A stretch of DNA of 64,000 nt from Chiloscyllium plagiosum (taxonomy: Eukaryota): NCBI RefSeq assembly GCF_004010195.1, contig NC_057719.1, positions 10,845,974-10,909,973 of the forward strand. Reading direction: 5' to 3'. The notes below the pieces were generated by a model. That model saw only the letters and a list, made by a program, of their open reading frames with translations. It had not been told where the DNA came from and made no database searches. Positions 51,879-64,000 of this stretch are shown piece after piece; the stretch's first letter is position 1, and the number at the start of each line of letters is the position of its first letter. Made by a program: the position numbers and the translations under genes.

Positions 51879-53079
51879 CTACATTCTTGAACTGCTATAG
51901 TGTACAGCACCTTTACCTTAGGGTACACCCACAGTGCTGTTAGGGAAGGTGTTACAGAACTTTGACCCAGTGACAATGAAGGAGTGGTGATATAGTCCCA
52001 AGTCAGAATACTGCATGACTTAAAGGGGAATGTACAGGTGATAGGTATTCTAATACATAAGCCACCCTTGTCCTACCAAGTGGTAATGGTTTACTAGGCT
52101 GGTGTTTAACCATTTAGTAGCTGCATATACTTTTGGTAGACAATTGTTACCTTCCCAGTTCATACACTGAAGCAAAGCAAAAGAGAGACTGAAGTAGACA
52201 GAATGTAAAGTGCCACTTTCCCCGTCCTTCCTAACTTGTCATTACTCATTAAGCAGTACCATCGCATCTGTGCAACACAGATTTGAAACAAAATACATGA
52301 GGTTGGATTCTGGAAACTTGATGGGTGTGGAAATGGATTCTGTCAGGCCACTGTTGGCAGATAGACTGTTTGCCAGCTTGGTTTCCACCCTATACTGTTC
52401 TCAAAAAGCTTTGTGTTGAAGCTGGAATTAGATATCACCACACAGCCTGCCACCAATGGTCGATAACCAATAAAGTAATGGAGTCTTTTAAAGGCCCATG
52501 CTGACAAGCACCTGTGCTGACCAGGATGTGGCCAATGAGAGCAGGCAGTGTGCCACCCACAGTGGCTATACCGTAATGAGCACAGATACAGCAGCAAGAC
52601 CACCTTGTGGAGGGCAGATTGGTAGCTATCGTCTTTCTGTTGTGTTGAGGCACCCACTCTCTTTCTCTCTCCCATGCATAATGCCAGTTGCCAACTCCTA
52701 CCTGCCCTCCAGATTTGAGGGCTCACCCATTGCCTCTTTAATTGGATGGCTGGCATGCCCTCTGGACATCAATTGTTCTGATACTGAAATACCTTTTCCA
52801 GAGTCTCCTTTCAGACTGGTGTGGGGCAGGAAACCAGGCTTACCCCAACATTGGGTTCCCAGCTGGGATAGAAATCCTGGGCCTTAGTACTATTCCTGCC
52901 TGGCCTGGATACAGCAGCCACTCTCTGGTCTTAAGAACAGCAGGTCCCCTAAAGCTCAGGCCCTGGTTATTGGACCCTGATGGAGACCACAATCTTGGTT
53001 TCCAGGTCCAGAAAGAAACTTTCATGTATAATTTCAGAAGCCTAAACAGACAATCATGAACTCTCTATGATGAAATTTT

Positions 53080-53443
53080 AGAATCAGAGAATTTCTACAG
53101 TGCGGAAAGAGGCCATTCGACCCATTGAGTCTGCACTGACCTTCCGAACAGCCTCCCACCCAAACCCACACATCCCCCCCCCCACGCACTCACCCACCCC
53201 AGTCTCGTAATCCCACAGTCCCCCTGGCTAACCCACCTAGCCTGCACATCCCTGGACACTATGGACAATTTGGTATGGTCAATCCACCCTAACCTGCACA
53301 TCTTTGAACAGTGGGAGGAAACCGGAGTAGCCAGCGGAAACCCACAAAAACAGGGAGAGTGTGCTAACTCCATACAGTGATCTGAGACTTGAATCGAACC
53401 CAGGTCTCTGTGAGGCAGTAATGCTAGCCACTGAGCCACCGTG
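53080..53443 (-). mobile_element. V-SINE (HE1-like)
   Basis: Head, V-domain and tail. Confidence 0.8.
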
Positions 53444-55525
53444 CAACCTCTTTCATCAACTTTCTCAACTGTACATAGATGTTTCAAGTAGTACTGTGCT
53501 TTCAGGATGGATCATGTGCCTTCAGAGAATAGCTCGCCAATTCGGGTGTAATGAACCCTGCAGAGCAGAAGGTCATCAGTATGAACCCAGATCCTCTGAA
53601 GTCGTTGATCTCAACCACTGCTGCCACAGTATTATCCTTAATATCTGTAGGTTAGGGAAGGAAAAAGTGAGCCAGGGCTTCTATAGCTGAATGACTATCC
53701 ATTAACTCCTGGATACAGTCAGACAAAATTAGGCTTGTCAATCATTCCCCCTGAGATTCAACAGTCTGTTGCCATTCATTGTCAAGTAAAAGAATGGCAT
53801 TGATCAAAGGTGACAAGAGCTTTCAGTATCTGTGAAAATATTCTCCCAGGAGGAAATGTGGAAAGACAAGAAAGGCAAATAAAGAAAAAGGGGAAGAAAA
53901 AAATTGTTGGTATATTTGACAAAATTATTTTTAAGTCAGATTAAATCAGAAACTGTCCTGAAGGAATTCAAATGGAGCAATAAAAGAGTTAGGGTTAAGG
54001 ATTTGTGAGTGAGCTCAATGTAATGGAAAGTCATGGAGTGGAATGGGAGACTGTTAATGGGGTGGGAGATGGTGACCGCTGACGGAGGAGAGGGGGGTGG
54101 GGTCCAGTATTGAAAATTTATGGATTGGAGAGCAGGCTGGTGGAGAGGAGAAGCCTGTTATGGATTTTCAACAGCGCAGGGCCAATGCTGGAAGAAAGGT
54201 AGCAGTTGATGAGTTTGGCAAGGGAAGCTAGTTGGGATACCGGGAGCTGATTCAGTGGGGTTCAAAAAGGAGTTTCTTCAGTCTGACTGTGCTGTCGAGT
54301 GTGATGGGGGTTTGGAAAGTGAGACTGAACAGGCGAATCAATTGGATGAGAAGCGGCAGATGAGCAGAATATTTTAGTTACAGACTTCAGGAAATCCACA
54401 AATTCCTTATATTGGGGAGTTGGAAGCGGGGGTTTAATTATCCAAACCTTCACATCACTGTGAAGCTGGGGAGGAATTTGTGTGTGAGGCAGAGTGGGGG
54501 GTGATCTTCATATCTCCAGCTGCATTCTGCAGCTCAAACCTTAAACTTGCTCATTTTGGAACAAACTCAATTTCAGATAACACACAGCAATGCTAACAAT
54601 TGGAAAATGATTATAATCCCAGCCAAACCTCCTGAGGCGAGAGCATTTATGAAAAATAAATTTCTTTTCCTCCCCTTAGTTTGTGCCTTTAATTCAAAAT
54701 AGACACCTCTCCAATTGTCAGGCCAAACAATAAATTCTGACATGAGAATGGGTGCCTTCAGGGTAGCCTCATCCTAAACTAGTTTCATTTTACTTTTTTA
54801 AAATCATATGAAATAAAAAAATGTCAATGTCATGCCAAAGACTTGCTGCTTCATGCAACCTTAATCCCCTTTATTTAATTTAAGTCTGTTTATGGCAATT
54901 GGTTGGACACAAGGAAGTAACTGAGCTGGAAGTTTTAAGTTTGAACTTAAGGGCCTTGGTCTACAATCCAGGGTCATGAACCCAATACCCAGGTAACTTC
55001 CAGGTCATGACCCTTGTTGCACTAGAGTTGCTCATACAATGCAAATCTAGATGTCAGATTAGCAGCTCCTCAACCCATACCAGGATGTTGGAGCTGCCTC
55101 CTGAATACACCATCAAAAGCAGATCATAGGATCATACAGTACAGAAGAGGCTCATCGGCCCATTGAGTCTGTACTGCCAAAGCTACACTAGCTCCATGAC
55201 AACACCCATTGACAACCACTGCAATGCAGAAGAGAGGAAACGGAACCTGAAGGGAGCTAGCAGCTTCACCGCACAGAAAAACAACCAAGATAAAGGCTGC
55301 CATTTGAGTATGGTATTACTCTTCCTCAGTGACTTAATGACTAATTTCAAAGAAGAGTCATTCCAGACATGAAACATTACCTGTTTCTCTCTCTCCACAA
55401 ACATTGCCAGACCTGCTCAGCTTCTCCAGCTTTCTCCATGTTCGCTTCAGATTTCCAGCATCCACATCATTATGCTTTTATTCAAGATAAAAGCTACTGC
55501 ACCCTATCCAGAACAAGGTAGCCCT

Positions 55526-55788
55526 CATAGAATTACAGAATCCTTACAGTGTGGGAAGCAGGCCATTCGGCCCATCAGGTCAACACCGATCAGAAAGAGC
55601 ATCCCAACCAGATCCACCCCCCCCGACCTAGTCCCTGCATTTTCCATGGCTAACCTATAGATTCCTGGACGCTATCGGCAATTTTGCATGGCCAATCCAT
55701 CTAACCTTCATATCTTTGGACTGTGGGAGGAAACCGGAGCACCTGGAGGAAACACATGCAGATACAGGGAGAACGTGCAAACTCCACA
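55526..55788 (-). mobile_element. V-SINE, 5'-truncated
   Basis: V-domain and tail. Confidence 0.8.
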
Positions 55789-55842
55789 AAGAGTGGCAAA
55801 ACATTTTCATCACTTAAGCAAAGAAATTTCTTGCACTGAACC

Positions 55843-57265
55843 TTGGGGTCTATGTTCATAGATCTTTGAAAGTTGCCACTCAGGTGGATAGAGCTTATAA
55901 GAAGGCCTATGGTGTATTAGCGTTCATTAGCAGAGGGATTGAATTCAAAAGTCGTGAAGTGATGTTGCAGCTGTACAGGACCTTGGTAAGGCCACATTTG
56001 GAGTACTGTGTGCAGTTCTGGTCACCNNNNNNNNNNNNNNNNNNNNNNNNNNNNNNNNNNNNNNNNNNNNNNNNNNNNNNNNNNNNNNNNNNNNNNNNNN
56101 NNNNNNNNNNNNNNNNNNNNNNNNNNNNNNNNNNNNNNNNNNNNNNNNNNNNNNNNNNNNNNNNNNNNNNNNNNNNNNNNNNNNNNNNNNNNNNNNNNNN
56201 NNNNNNNNNNNNNNNNNNNNNNNNNNNNNNNNNNNNNNNNNNNNNNNNNNNNNNNNNNNNNNNNNNNNNNNNNNNNNNNNNNNNNNNNNNNNNNNNNNNN
56301 NNNNNNNNNNNNNNNNNNNNNNNNNNNNNNNNNNNNNNNNNNNNNNNNNNNNNNNNNNNNNNNNNNNNNNNNNNNNNNNNNNNNNNNNNNNNNNNNNNNN
56401 NNNNNNNNNNNNNNNNNNNNNNNNNNNNNNNNNNNNNNNNNNNNNNNNNNNNNNNNNNNNNNNNNNNNNNNNNNNNNNNNNNNNNNNNNNNNNNNNNNNN
56501 NNNNNNNNNNNNNNNNNNNNNNNNNNNNNNNNNNNNNNNNNNNNNNNNNNNNNNNNNNNNNNNNNNNNNNNNNNNNNNNNNNNNNNNNNNNNNNNNNNNN
56601 NNNNNNNNNNNNNNNNNNNNNNNNNNNNNNNNNNNNNNNNNNNNNNNNNNNNNNNNNNNNNNNNNNNNNNNNNNNNNNNNNNNNNNNNNNNNNNNNNNNN
56701 NNNNNNNNNNNNNNNNNNNNNNNNNNNNNNNNNNNNNNNNNNNNNNNNNNNNNNNNNNNNNNNNNNNNNNNNNNNNNNNNNNNNNNNNNNNNNNNNNNNN
56801 NNNNNNNNNNNNNNNNNNNNNNNNNNNNNNNNNNNNNNNNNNNNNNNNNNNNNNNNNNNNNNNNNNNNNNNNNNNNNNNNNNNNNGGCCTTTTCTCGTTG
56901 GAACGGTGAAGGATGAGGGGTGACTTGATAGAGGTTTATAAGATGATCAGAGGAATAGGTAGAGTAGACAGTCAGAAACTTTTTCCCCGGGCACAACCGA
57001 GTGTTACAAGGGGACATAAATTTATGGTGAAGGGTGGAAGGTATAGGGGAGATGTCAGGGGTGGGTTCTTTACCCAGAGAGTGGTGGGGGCATGGAATGC
57101 GCTGCCTGTGGGAGTGGTAGAGTCAGAATCTTTGGTGACCTTTAAGCGGCAATTGGATAGGTACATGGATGGGTGCTTAAGCTAGGACAAATGTTAGGCA
57201 CAACATCGTGGGCCGAAGGGCCTGTTCTGTGCTGTATTGTTCTATGTTCTATGTCTATGTTCTAT
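55843..57265 (+). mobile_element. Young CR1 3' fragment spanning the assembly gap
   Basis: LKVATQVDRAYKKAYGVLAFISRGIEFKSREVMLQLYRTLVRPHLEYCVQFWS...GLFSLER; (TTCTATG)n tail. Confidence 0.88.
56027..56885. other. Assembly gap (859 N)
   Basis: Run of N. Confidence 1.
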
Positions 57266-58987
57266 GAACCCAATACCTGCGCACTAATTTTCAGGTTTGG
57301 CTTTGTGGATTGAAAATAGTTTCCTCGCATTCCTGGGTGTGTTCAAAAGCTCATCAAGGATTGTATGGGCAGTTGATTGGAGGCAAGTGTGGAGGTGCTG
57401 TTGGTGTCGTAGTCACATGACTGGACTGGTAAACCAGAGATACAGGCTTATGTTTAGGGTCCTGTGATGCAAAGATGACTCCAGGCCAGGAGATCTGGGT
57501 TCTAGTCTGATTTGCTTCAGGGACATGTCATTATGTGTCTGGTTAGATTGATTGAAAATATCTAAAGTGGAAGAGTGCTGGGTCAATAACCCAGGGGTCG
57601 TTGGATCAGCAGATTATTCAGTATTTGCTGAACAGACACAGGCCGAACGAGGAGAGCATCAGGCTTCAATGTGCTTCTTGATACGCTGGTATTGTCAGGA
57701 TGCTGCTGCCTCAGGTCTTGCAGCAGTCATTTACCTGTGGGCTCTTGTGGCATAGCTATAATCCCTATCTCTTAATCAGAAGATCTGGGTTCAAGCCTCA
57801 ACTACAGCGAGAAGTACTAATGGCATACTTGAACAGACTGATTAAAAGTATATCCTGCCTCCGCTTTGCAAGTTAGCACACTGGCAAGGCAGTCAATAGC
57901 ACTATTTTCAAAGTACATTCTCTCTTCCATCTTGCAAGAAAATCCATGAACTCCTCACATTCTAGAGTCATAGATAAAAATCTATTACACAAATCATGGT
58001 CTCACCCTGCCCCCACTTGGAGTATCATTCCTTCATTGTCACTGGGTCAAAATCCTGGACCTCGATCCCAACAGCACTGTGGATGTACCAGCACAACACA
58101 TACACAAACTACAGTGGTTCAAGATAGCGGTCTATCACCACCACCTCTTTGAAGGCAGTTAGAGGTGGGGAATAAATGCTGGCTTTACTAGTGATACCCA
58201 CATCCTCAGCACCATATGTGCTTTGGAAATTATCATGAATGCAAATTATTCCAGAAATAGCACAACAGAAAAATTAAAGGTCCATTTTATAAACGATATT
58301 GTTGATACTTTGCTCATGTTAACAGGACTGGGAGAAGGCTTCCTTTGCTCCTCCTGTGGTCAAACTGGGGCCAGTATGAGATTTGGGACCTTCCCGCCCT
58401 CACACATTGATCAACATGGTCCAGTTCTTTTCTTTTGTCTATCTTTCTCACACATTCAGTTTATCCTACTTGAAATTTGTGACCCTGCAGCCTGTTGGCA
58501 TCCACATTTTATAGAATGTATAGAACAGAAACGGGGCGAGGGGTGCTTGTGGTACAGAGGTTGTGTCTCTATCTTTAAGCTAGGAGGGCTGGGTTCAAGC
58601 CTTTTTTTCAGGATCATAACATCTCTGATCAGGCTGATTAAGGATATTCCAATAGGACGTTCGGGGGAGAAAACACTCTTTAGCAGAGAGTGGTTACAAT
58701 TTGAAACTTGTCACCACCGGAAGTAGTCGAAGTGAACAGCATAAATGCAATGGTGGGCAGCTAGATACACATGAGCGTGAAAGAGATATAAGGATATATT
58801 GATGGGGCTAGCTGCAGGGGAATGGAAGCGGGGATTAATATTGGCATAGGCCCTCTGAGCTGAGGGGCCTGTTTTTGCGCGAGGAGTATTGTGTCACTAT
58901 GTAAATATATATTGACAATTACATGTGTAAAAAAAACACCCAATTTCCACACTTCCACCTTTCCTGCTGAATACCATTGATGTGACT

Positions 58988-59312
58988 ACGGTGGATCAGT
59001 GATTAGCACTGCTGCCTCACAGCACTAGGGACCTGGGTTCGATCCCAGCCTTGGGTGACTGTGTAGAGTTTGCACATTCTCCCTGTGTCTGTGTAGGTTT
59101 CCTCCCACAGTCCAAAGATGTGCAGGTTATGTGGACTGGCCAAAGGAAATTGCCCATTATCAGGGCAAATTGCCATTATCAAAGTAGCCAATTGAAATTC
59201 AAGGTTACAGGGATGTGTGGTGGGGGATGTGTCTGATTGGATGCTCTTCGGAAGGTCGGTGTGGATGCGATGGGCCGAATGGCCTGCTTCCATACTGTAG
59301 GGATTCTATGAT
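58988..59312 (+). mobile_element. V-SINE (HE1-like); partial copies also at ~37094-37256 (-) and ~59816-59976 (+)
   Basis: Head, V-domain and tail. Confidence 0.85.
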
Positions 59313-61089
59313 CCTCTCTAATCCTCAAGTCACAATCAGCGATCAAAGAAAGAAGAATCGGTCAGATATCACCTGCCACTACAGTATTCAGTGGAGCATG
59401 CCAGCAATTTAGAAAGGGACAACAGAGAGGTAACCTCAATCATAAGATAAAGGCAGAAACATTTGTAAATGTCATGTGACCAGACAGGCAACAATCAGAC
59501 ATCATGTGACCAAATGACACGTTAAGAAACCCTCAAGAATTGATAATGGGCAGGTCATTCACCACACCACAATACAGGGCTCGAATCATCCAGGGGAACA
59601 ACTCCACTCCCTCCCCTCCCCTCTCCATTTAAACAGAACTAAACACACAACACAATTTAAAAACCTTCTTCTTCACCCAGCCAAAAAAAAAGGACACGGT
59701 TTGGAGAAAGAACATTGTGTTACTTGGCAGCTATTAACATAATGGAGCCAGCACTGACATGGTAACAACATAACAGATATAGGACGATAGATATCTGCTA
59801 GAAGATTTGTGTAACGATGTGCAGGTCAAGTGAATTGGCTATGCTAAATTGCCTGTAGTGTTAGGTGTATTAGTCAGAGGGAGATGGGTCTGGGTGGGTT
59901 ACTCTTCGGAAAGTCGGTTTGGACTTGTTGGGCCAAAGGGCCTGTTTCCACACCTTAGGGAATCTAATCTAATCTAAATTGGTGGTGAAATTTACATGAC
60001 TAACGCTAGGGGACTCTGAAGTGTCCAGACACAAACCCTGGTCCAGTCTTTGTCACGCACATGTGCCATGAGTCATTCCTAAACTGGGGAATGGAAAACC
60101 AAACATTGTGCTTTCAAGCAGACATTTACTTAGACTATAATGTGTGCCCAGGTCTATCACATTCATACTGGGATCTGCTAAGTGCCAAAACAATGTCACT
60201 GCAAAGCAGAAAATGTGTCAACTCAAATGGGAGCCCTGACACATGAGTAAAAGGTTTAGTTGCATTAGCCACAGGATTCAGAGAAAACAAACTATCCCTC
60301 AATGTGACAGTTCTCATCTCCTCGGCGAGGTGATGGATTTATAAACTGCTGCAGGTTGTTTTTTTCTGGCAAGAGAATTAAATGGGTTAAAAGAAGGGAT
60401 GTTGATCAGATAGGCTCCCCCTGGATACAGGAAGGTGCCTATATATGTCTGATTCCACACACTACATGATCTCTTGGTGCATCTGTTCATAAAATAATAA
60501 ACTGGTATCACTCAGTGGTCACTCACCAAAGGAAAAAGTGCTGAAGAAAATAAAATCCCTCTCTAACTATGGAAAATGTCCTCTTGTAAATCTCACTCAA
60601 TCTAGAATCCAGAAGGGGGACATACACCGACATTACAACAGTGACTAAACCTCTAAAAGATACTGACTGCTGAGTATTTTAGACATTTAAAGATCACACA
60701 AAGAAATATGAAAGCTTGCATCTTTGGTCATATCTCCGTCAGCTGACCACAAGCAGCAAGCCAGGTCTGCTCACCTTACCACAGAACATAGGACTCCATT
60801 TCAATTTGAAATAGATAAAGACGGAATATAATGTCGAGAAATGTGAGATTATGCGCTCTGGCAGGGCAATAAAAGCTCTGTGTTGTTTCCTGGTGTATAT
60901 CATTACCTAGAACAAAGGACAAGAACAAAGAAAATTTACAGCCCAGGAATAGGCCCTTTGGCCCTCCAAGCCTGAGCCAATCCAAATGTACTGTCTAAAC
61001 CTGTCGGTCAATTGCTAAGCATTTGTATCCCTCTGTTCCCCACCTACTCATGCATCTGTCCAGATGCATCTTAAATGAATCCACCATGA

Positions 61090-62577
61090 ATATCCCCTGT
61101 TTTCTCCTCGTATCCCTGTATTTGCATCAAACTGGTCACCCCAGTCACTCTTTGTGCTAGCGGGTTCCATGTTTTAACCACTGTCTGAGTAAAGAGTATT
61201 CTCCCGCATCCCCTGTTGAGTTTACTTGGCCAGGTTAGTAGGGAGGGATTATATGTTTTAGTGGCGTGCAATTCAGGAAGGGTCGAAGTGAGGAGCTGTT
61301 CTAGCATGGTGATTCACACTGAGTAGGAACACATTAATATTTAATTTCTAACCTTTTAAGCAAGGGTTAGCTTGGGCTGAGAGGGGAAAGCAGAAAGTGT
61401 AGGAGCATTATTGACAGACTGCCACACTCGGGTGAACCCGTAAGAGCAGCGGGACAAACATAAGATTCTCATCCTGCTCTTAAGGCTCCGCACAATGTCA
61501 ACCAATACCACTTGTTGCTAATCCCTGAATTGAACAACTCCCTCCACCCTCTCATCACAAGTTCTCTGTTCTCTTGACCTTCTACACACCTCTCCCTCCC
61601 CGTGCCCCCACCACTTTCAACTGAGTCTTCGATCTAGCTCCATGTCTGCAATTTCCCGCCCTGAACCTGCCACCTCCCTGCCATCCCTTCCTTTCTATTG
61701 CCTCGTCTTGATTAGAGAAAGGGACAGAGGACATGTAATACCAGAGAAGAATGAGTGAAAGCCCATTTGTGAGAGACCACACAGAGAACAGGCGACACCG
61801 GGGATGAGTTTCAAAATACTATCCTTTGATCAAGTTTTCAGTCACATTTTTTGACATGTACTGGTATTCACTTCTTTTTAAAAACCCACCTCTGTGATGA
61901 AAGCGCGCTCTGAAAAAGAGTCATCTCGACTTGATGGACGCTGCTGCAATCTTCACCAGTTGTTGTTTTCAGGACAGATTCCAGCATCTGCAGTAATTTG
62001 CTCCTATCTCTGTGATCATTTCTCCATGTTAAAAATCACTGCATGTGAGCAGGTAGGAAGGGCCAAAGCTGACACAGAATTTGCTCATTCAAAAAGTAAC
62101 ATCAAGATCACAATGCTCAACTAAAACATGCACATTATTAGTGAGAAATAGTGATTCTCTTTTGTGTAACATCTCAGAATCATTTCCATTTCCAATGTCT
62201 AGAGAGTTTAAATACAATGCATTCTGCACGAGATGCAGCTTCACCCGAGTGTGACGGCCTGTCAATAATGCTCCTTCACTTTCTGCTTCTCCCCTCAGCC
62301 AAGCTAACCCTTGTTTAAAAGATTAAAAATTAAACATTAACATGTTCCTTCTCAGTGTAAATCACCGTGCTAGAACCAGCTCCTCACTTCGATCCTCCCT
62401 CTAGTGCATGCCACTAAAATATATAATTCCTAACCTGGCCAAGTAAACTCAACAGGGGATTCGGGAGAATGCTCTTCACCCAGACAGTGGTTAGAACTTG
62501 GAACCCTCTCGCACAAAAAGTGACTGGGTGAACAGTTTGATACAAATACAGGGGTATGGGGAGAAAACAGGGGATAT
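61090..62577. repeat. Local inverted duplication: arms 61090-61436 and 62240-62577, spacer ~800 bp
   Basis: Arms align in reverse complement throughout, including an exact 31-mer at 61208-61238 / 62430-62460. Confidence 0.92.
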
Positions 62578-62639
62578 GCACTGGGTAACAAGGCTTGTTT
62601 GAACGCATGACTCCTTCTGCACTGTAACACCTCTGTATC

Positions 62640-63385
62640 ACAGTCTCAAAGTAAGGGGTAAACCGTAGGACTGAGATGAGAAAGAATTTCTTAACTTATA
62701 GGAAAGACGTGGAAGCTTTAGAGAGAGTGCAGAGGAGATTTACCAGGATGCTTATGAAGGGAGCTAGGGCTTTTCTCACTTGAACAAAGAAGGACGAAAG
62801 GTGACTTGTTAGAGGTGGACAAGCTGTTGAGAGGCATAGATAGAGTGGATAATCAGTGACTTTTCCGAAGGGCAGAAATGTCTATCACGAGGGGGCATAG
62901 CTTTAAGGTGATTGGAGGAAGGTTTAAGGGAGATGTCAGAGGGAGGATCTTTCTCAAAGAGAGGTTGATGCGTTGAATACACTGCCAAAAGTGGTAGTAG
63001 AGTCACATATATTAGGGACATTTAAACATTTCTTGGATAGACACATGGAAGATAGTACAATGAAGGGTATGTAGATTAGTCTGATCTTAGAGTAAGATAA
63101 AAGGCTGGCACAACATCAAGGCCGAAGGGCCTGTACTGTGCTGTAATGTTCTATGTTCACTCAGAGAATTGCGAACCTGTTGCATTCTCTATCACAGAAA
63201 GCTGCTGGGGCCAGGTCATTAGATATACTTAAGAGGGAGCTGGGCATGGCCCTTGCAGTCAAAAGAATCAAGGGGTATGGAGAGAGCGTGGGAGTGGGAT
63301 ACTGAAAATGCATGATCAGCCATGATCACATTGAATGGTGGTGCAGGCAGGACGGGCCGAATGGACCTATTGTCTATGTGATTCT
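62640..63385 (+). mobile_element. Nested CR1 3' fragments
   Basis: ataggaaagacgtggaagctttagagagagtgcagaggagatttaccagg and two CR1 3'UTRs. Confidence 0.8.
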
Positions 63386-64000
63386 GTGAATAGTACAGAT
63401 GACTTAAAAGGAAAATGAGACAAACCACATGCGGATAAAAGAAGTAGAACAGAATGCTGCCAATATGAAATGAAGAGAAGGTGGGGGAGGCTCAGTGGAG
63501 ACTAAATCCTCTGTGATAAGACTTGACCGTCGCAGCAACTGTTACCAGCCCCTGAGAAAACGTGCTGATTCAGATTTGTTTGAAACGGGATTTTCTGATT
63601 CTCTTCACCCTCTCGGACATGAGTGGTGCTTTTGTCCTGACAGCCTGCCTGCGCTGTACTCGAAAAAAAATAGGTGCCATCTGTTGTCAAATGAAACCAG
63701 TTTTCACTTCAGTGCCTTCTTCAGCTGAGACACATCTTCCCGAGCAGAGTCACTGATGACCCACGTTTCCACACAACAAAACCACAAAACAAAATGCACT
63801 GCCTCCACACTATAATGTGACAATTGCTTGTGCAGATATTTTTTTTAAGTGAGAAATCGGAAGTAAAACCCAAAGAAACACAGTATCAGGCAATATGAGG
63901 AAGGACATGCAAACTAAAATGGAGTTTAGTGAACAGATGTACTATAGCAGAAGACAAATATTACTCTGTCCTTTCTCCTCCAGGAGAATATGTTACCTTA

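Larger units (their letters stand above)
3259..64000 (-). other. ADCK1: Probable large ADCK1 intron upstream of the exon
   Basis: No further ADCK1-like peptide (e.g. the expected LWQ...YPLFACMLTARSW exon) seen in the ORF track or by eye; sequence is mostly repeats. A missed exon cannot be excluded. Confidence 0.6.

Noticed and set aside
55866..57017. 300+ aa ORFs
   Set aside because: Artefacts of translation through Ns in a CR1 fragment.
58223..58726. 167-aa ORF (and similar 100-200 aa ORFs at 20244, 21040, 35867, 45396)
   Set aside because: Chance read-through across SINE/LINE fragments or antisense CR1; no domain signature.

Overview
Eukaryotic, repeat-dominated vertebrate DNA, most likely a shark (HE1/V-SINE-like and SacSINE1/Deu-domain-like SINEs, abundant CR1 LINEs). 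The only host coding sequence I recognise is one 194-bp minus-strand exon of ADCK1 (3065-3258, AG/GT-bounded). The rest appears to be ADCK1 intron, about 61 kb of it upstream of this exon. It is packed with CR1, CR1/L2-type, Rex1, RTE and Tx1 LINE fragments, three or more SINE families, a solo LTR, MITEs and a ~69-bp tandem array, and it contains an 859-nt assembly gap. The most interesting signal is a dispersed system of short Penelope-like (PLE)-derived elements. They carry minimal hammerhead ribozyme cores (CUGANGA-N-stem II-GAAA followed by palindromic ACGU or AGCU) with covarying stems, occur as 90-330 bp solo or hairpin insertions with 12-17 bp target-site duplications, and one sits beside a GIY-YIG endonuclease fragment. 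Also notable are a ~345-bp inverted duplication near 61-62.6 kb and several TE-free islands with enhancer-like motif grammar. All repeat-family names come from recalled consensus motifs, not database searches, and most repeat boundaries are approximate.
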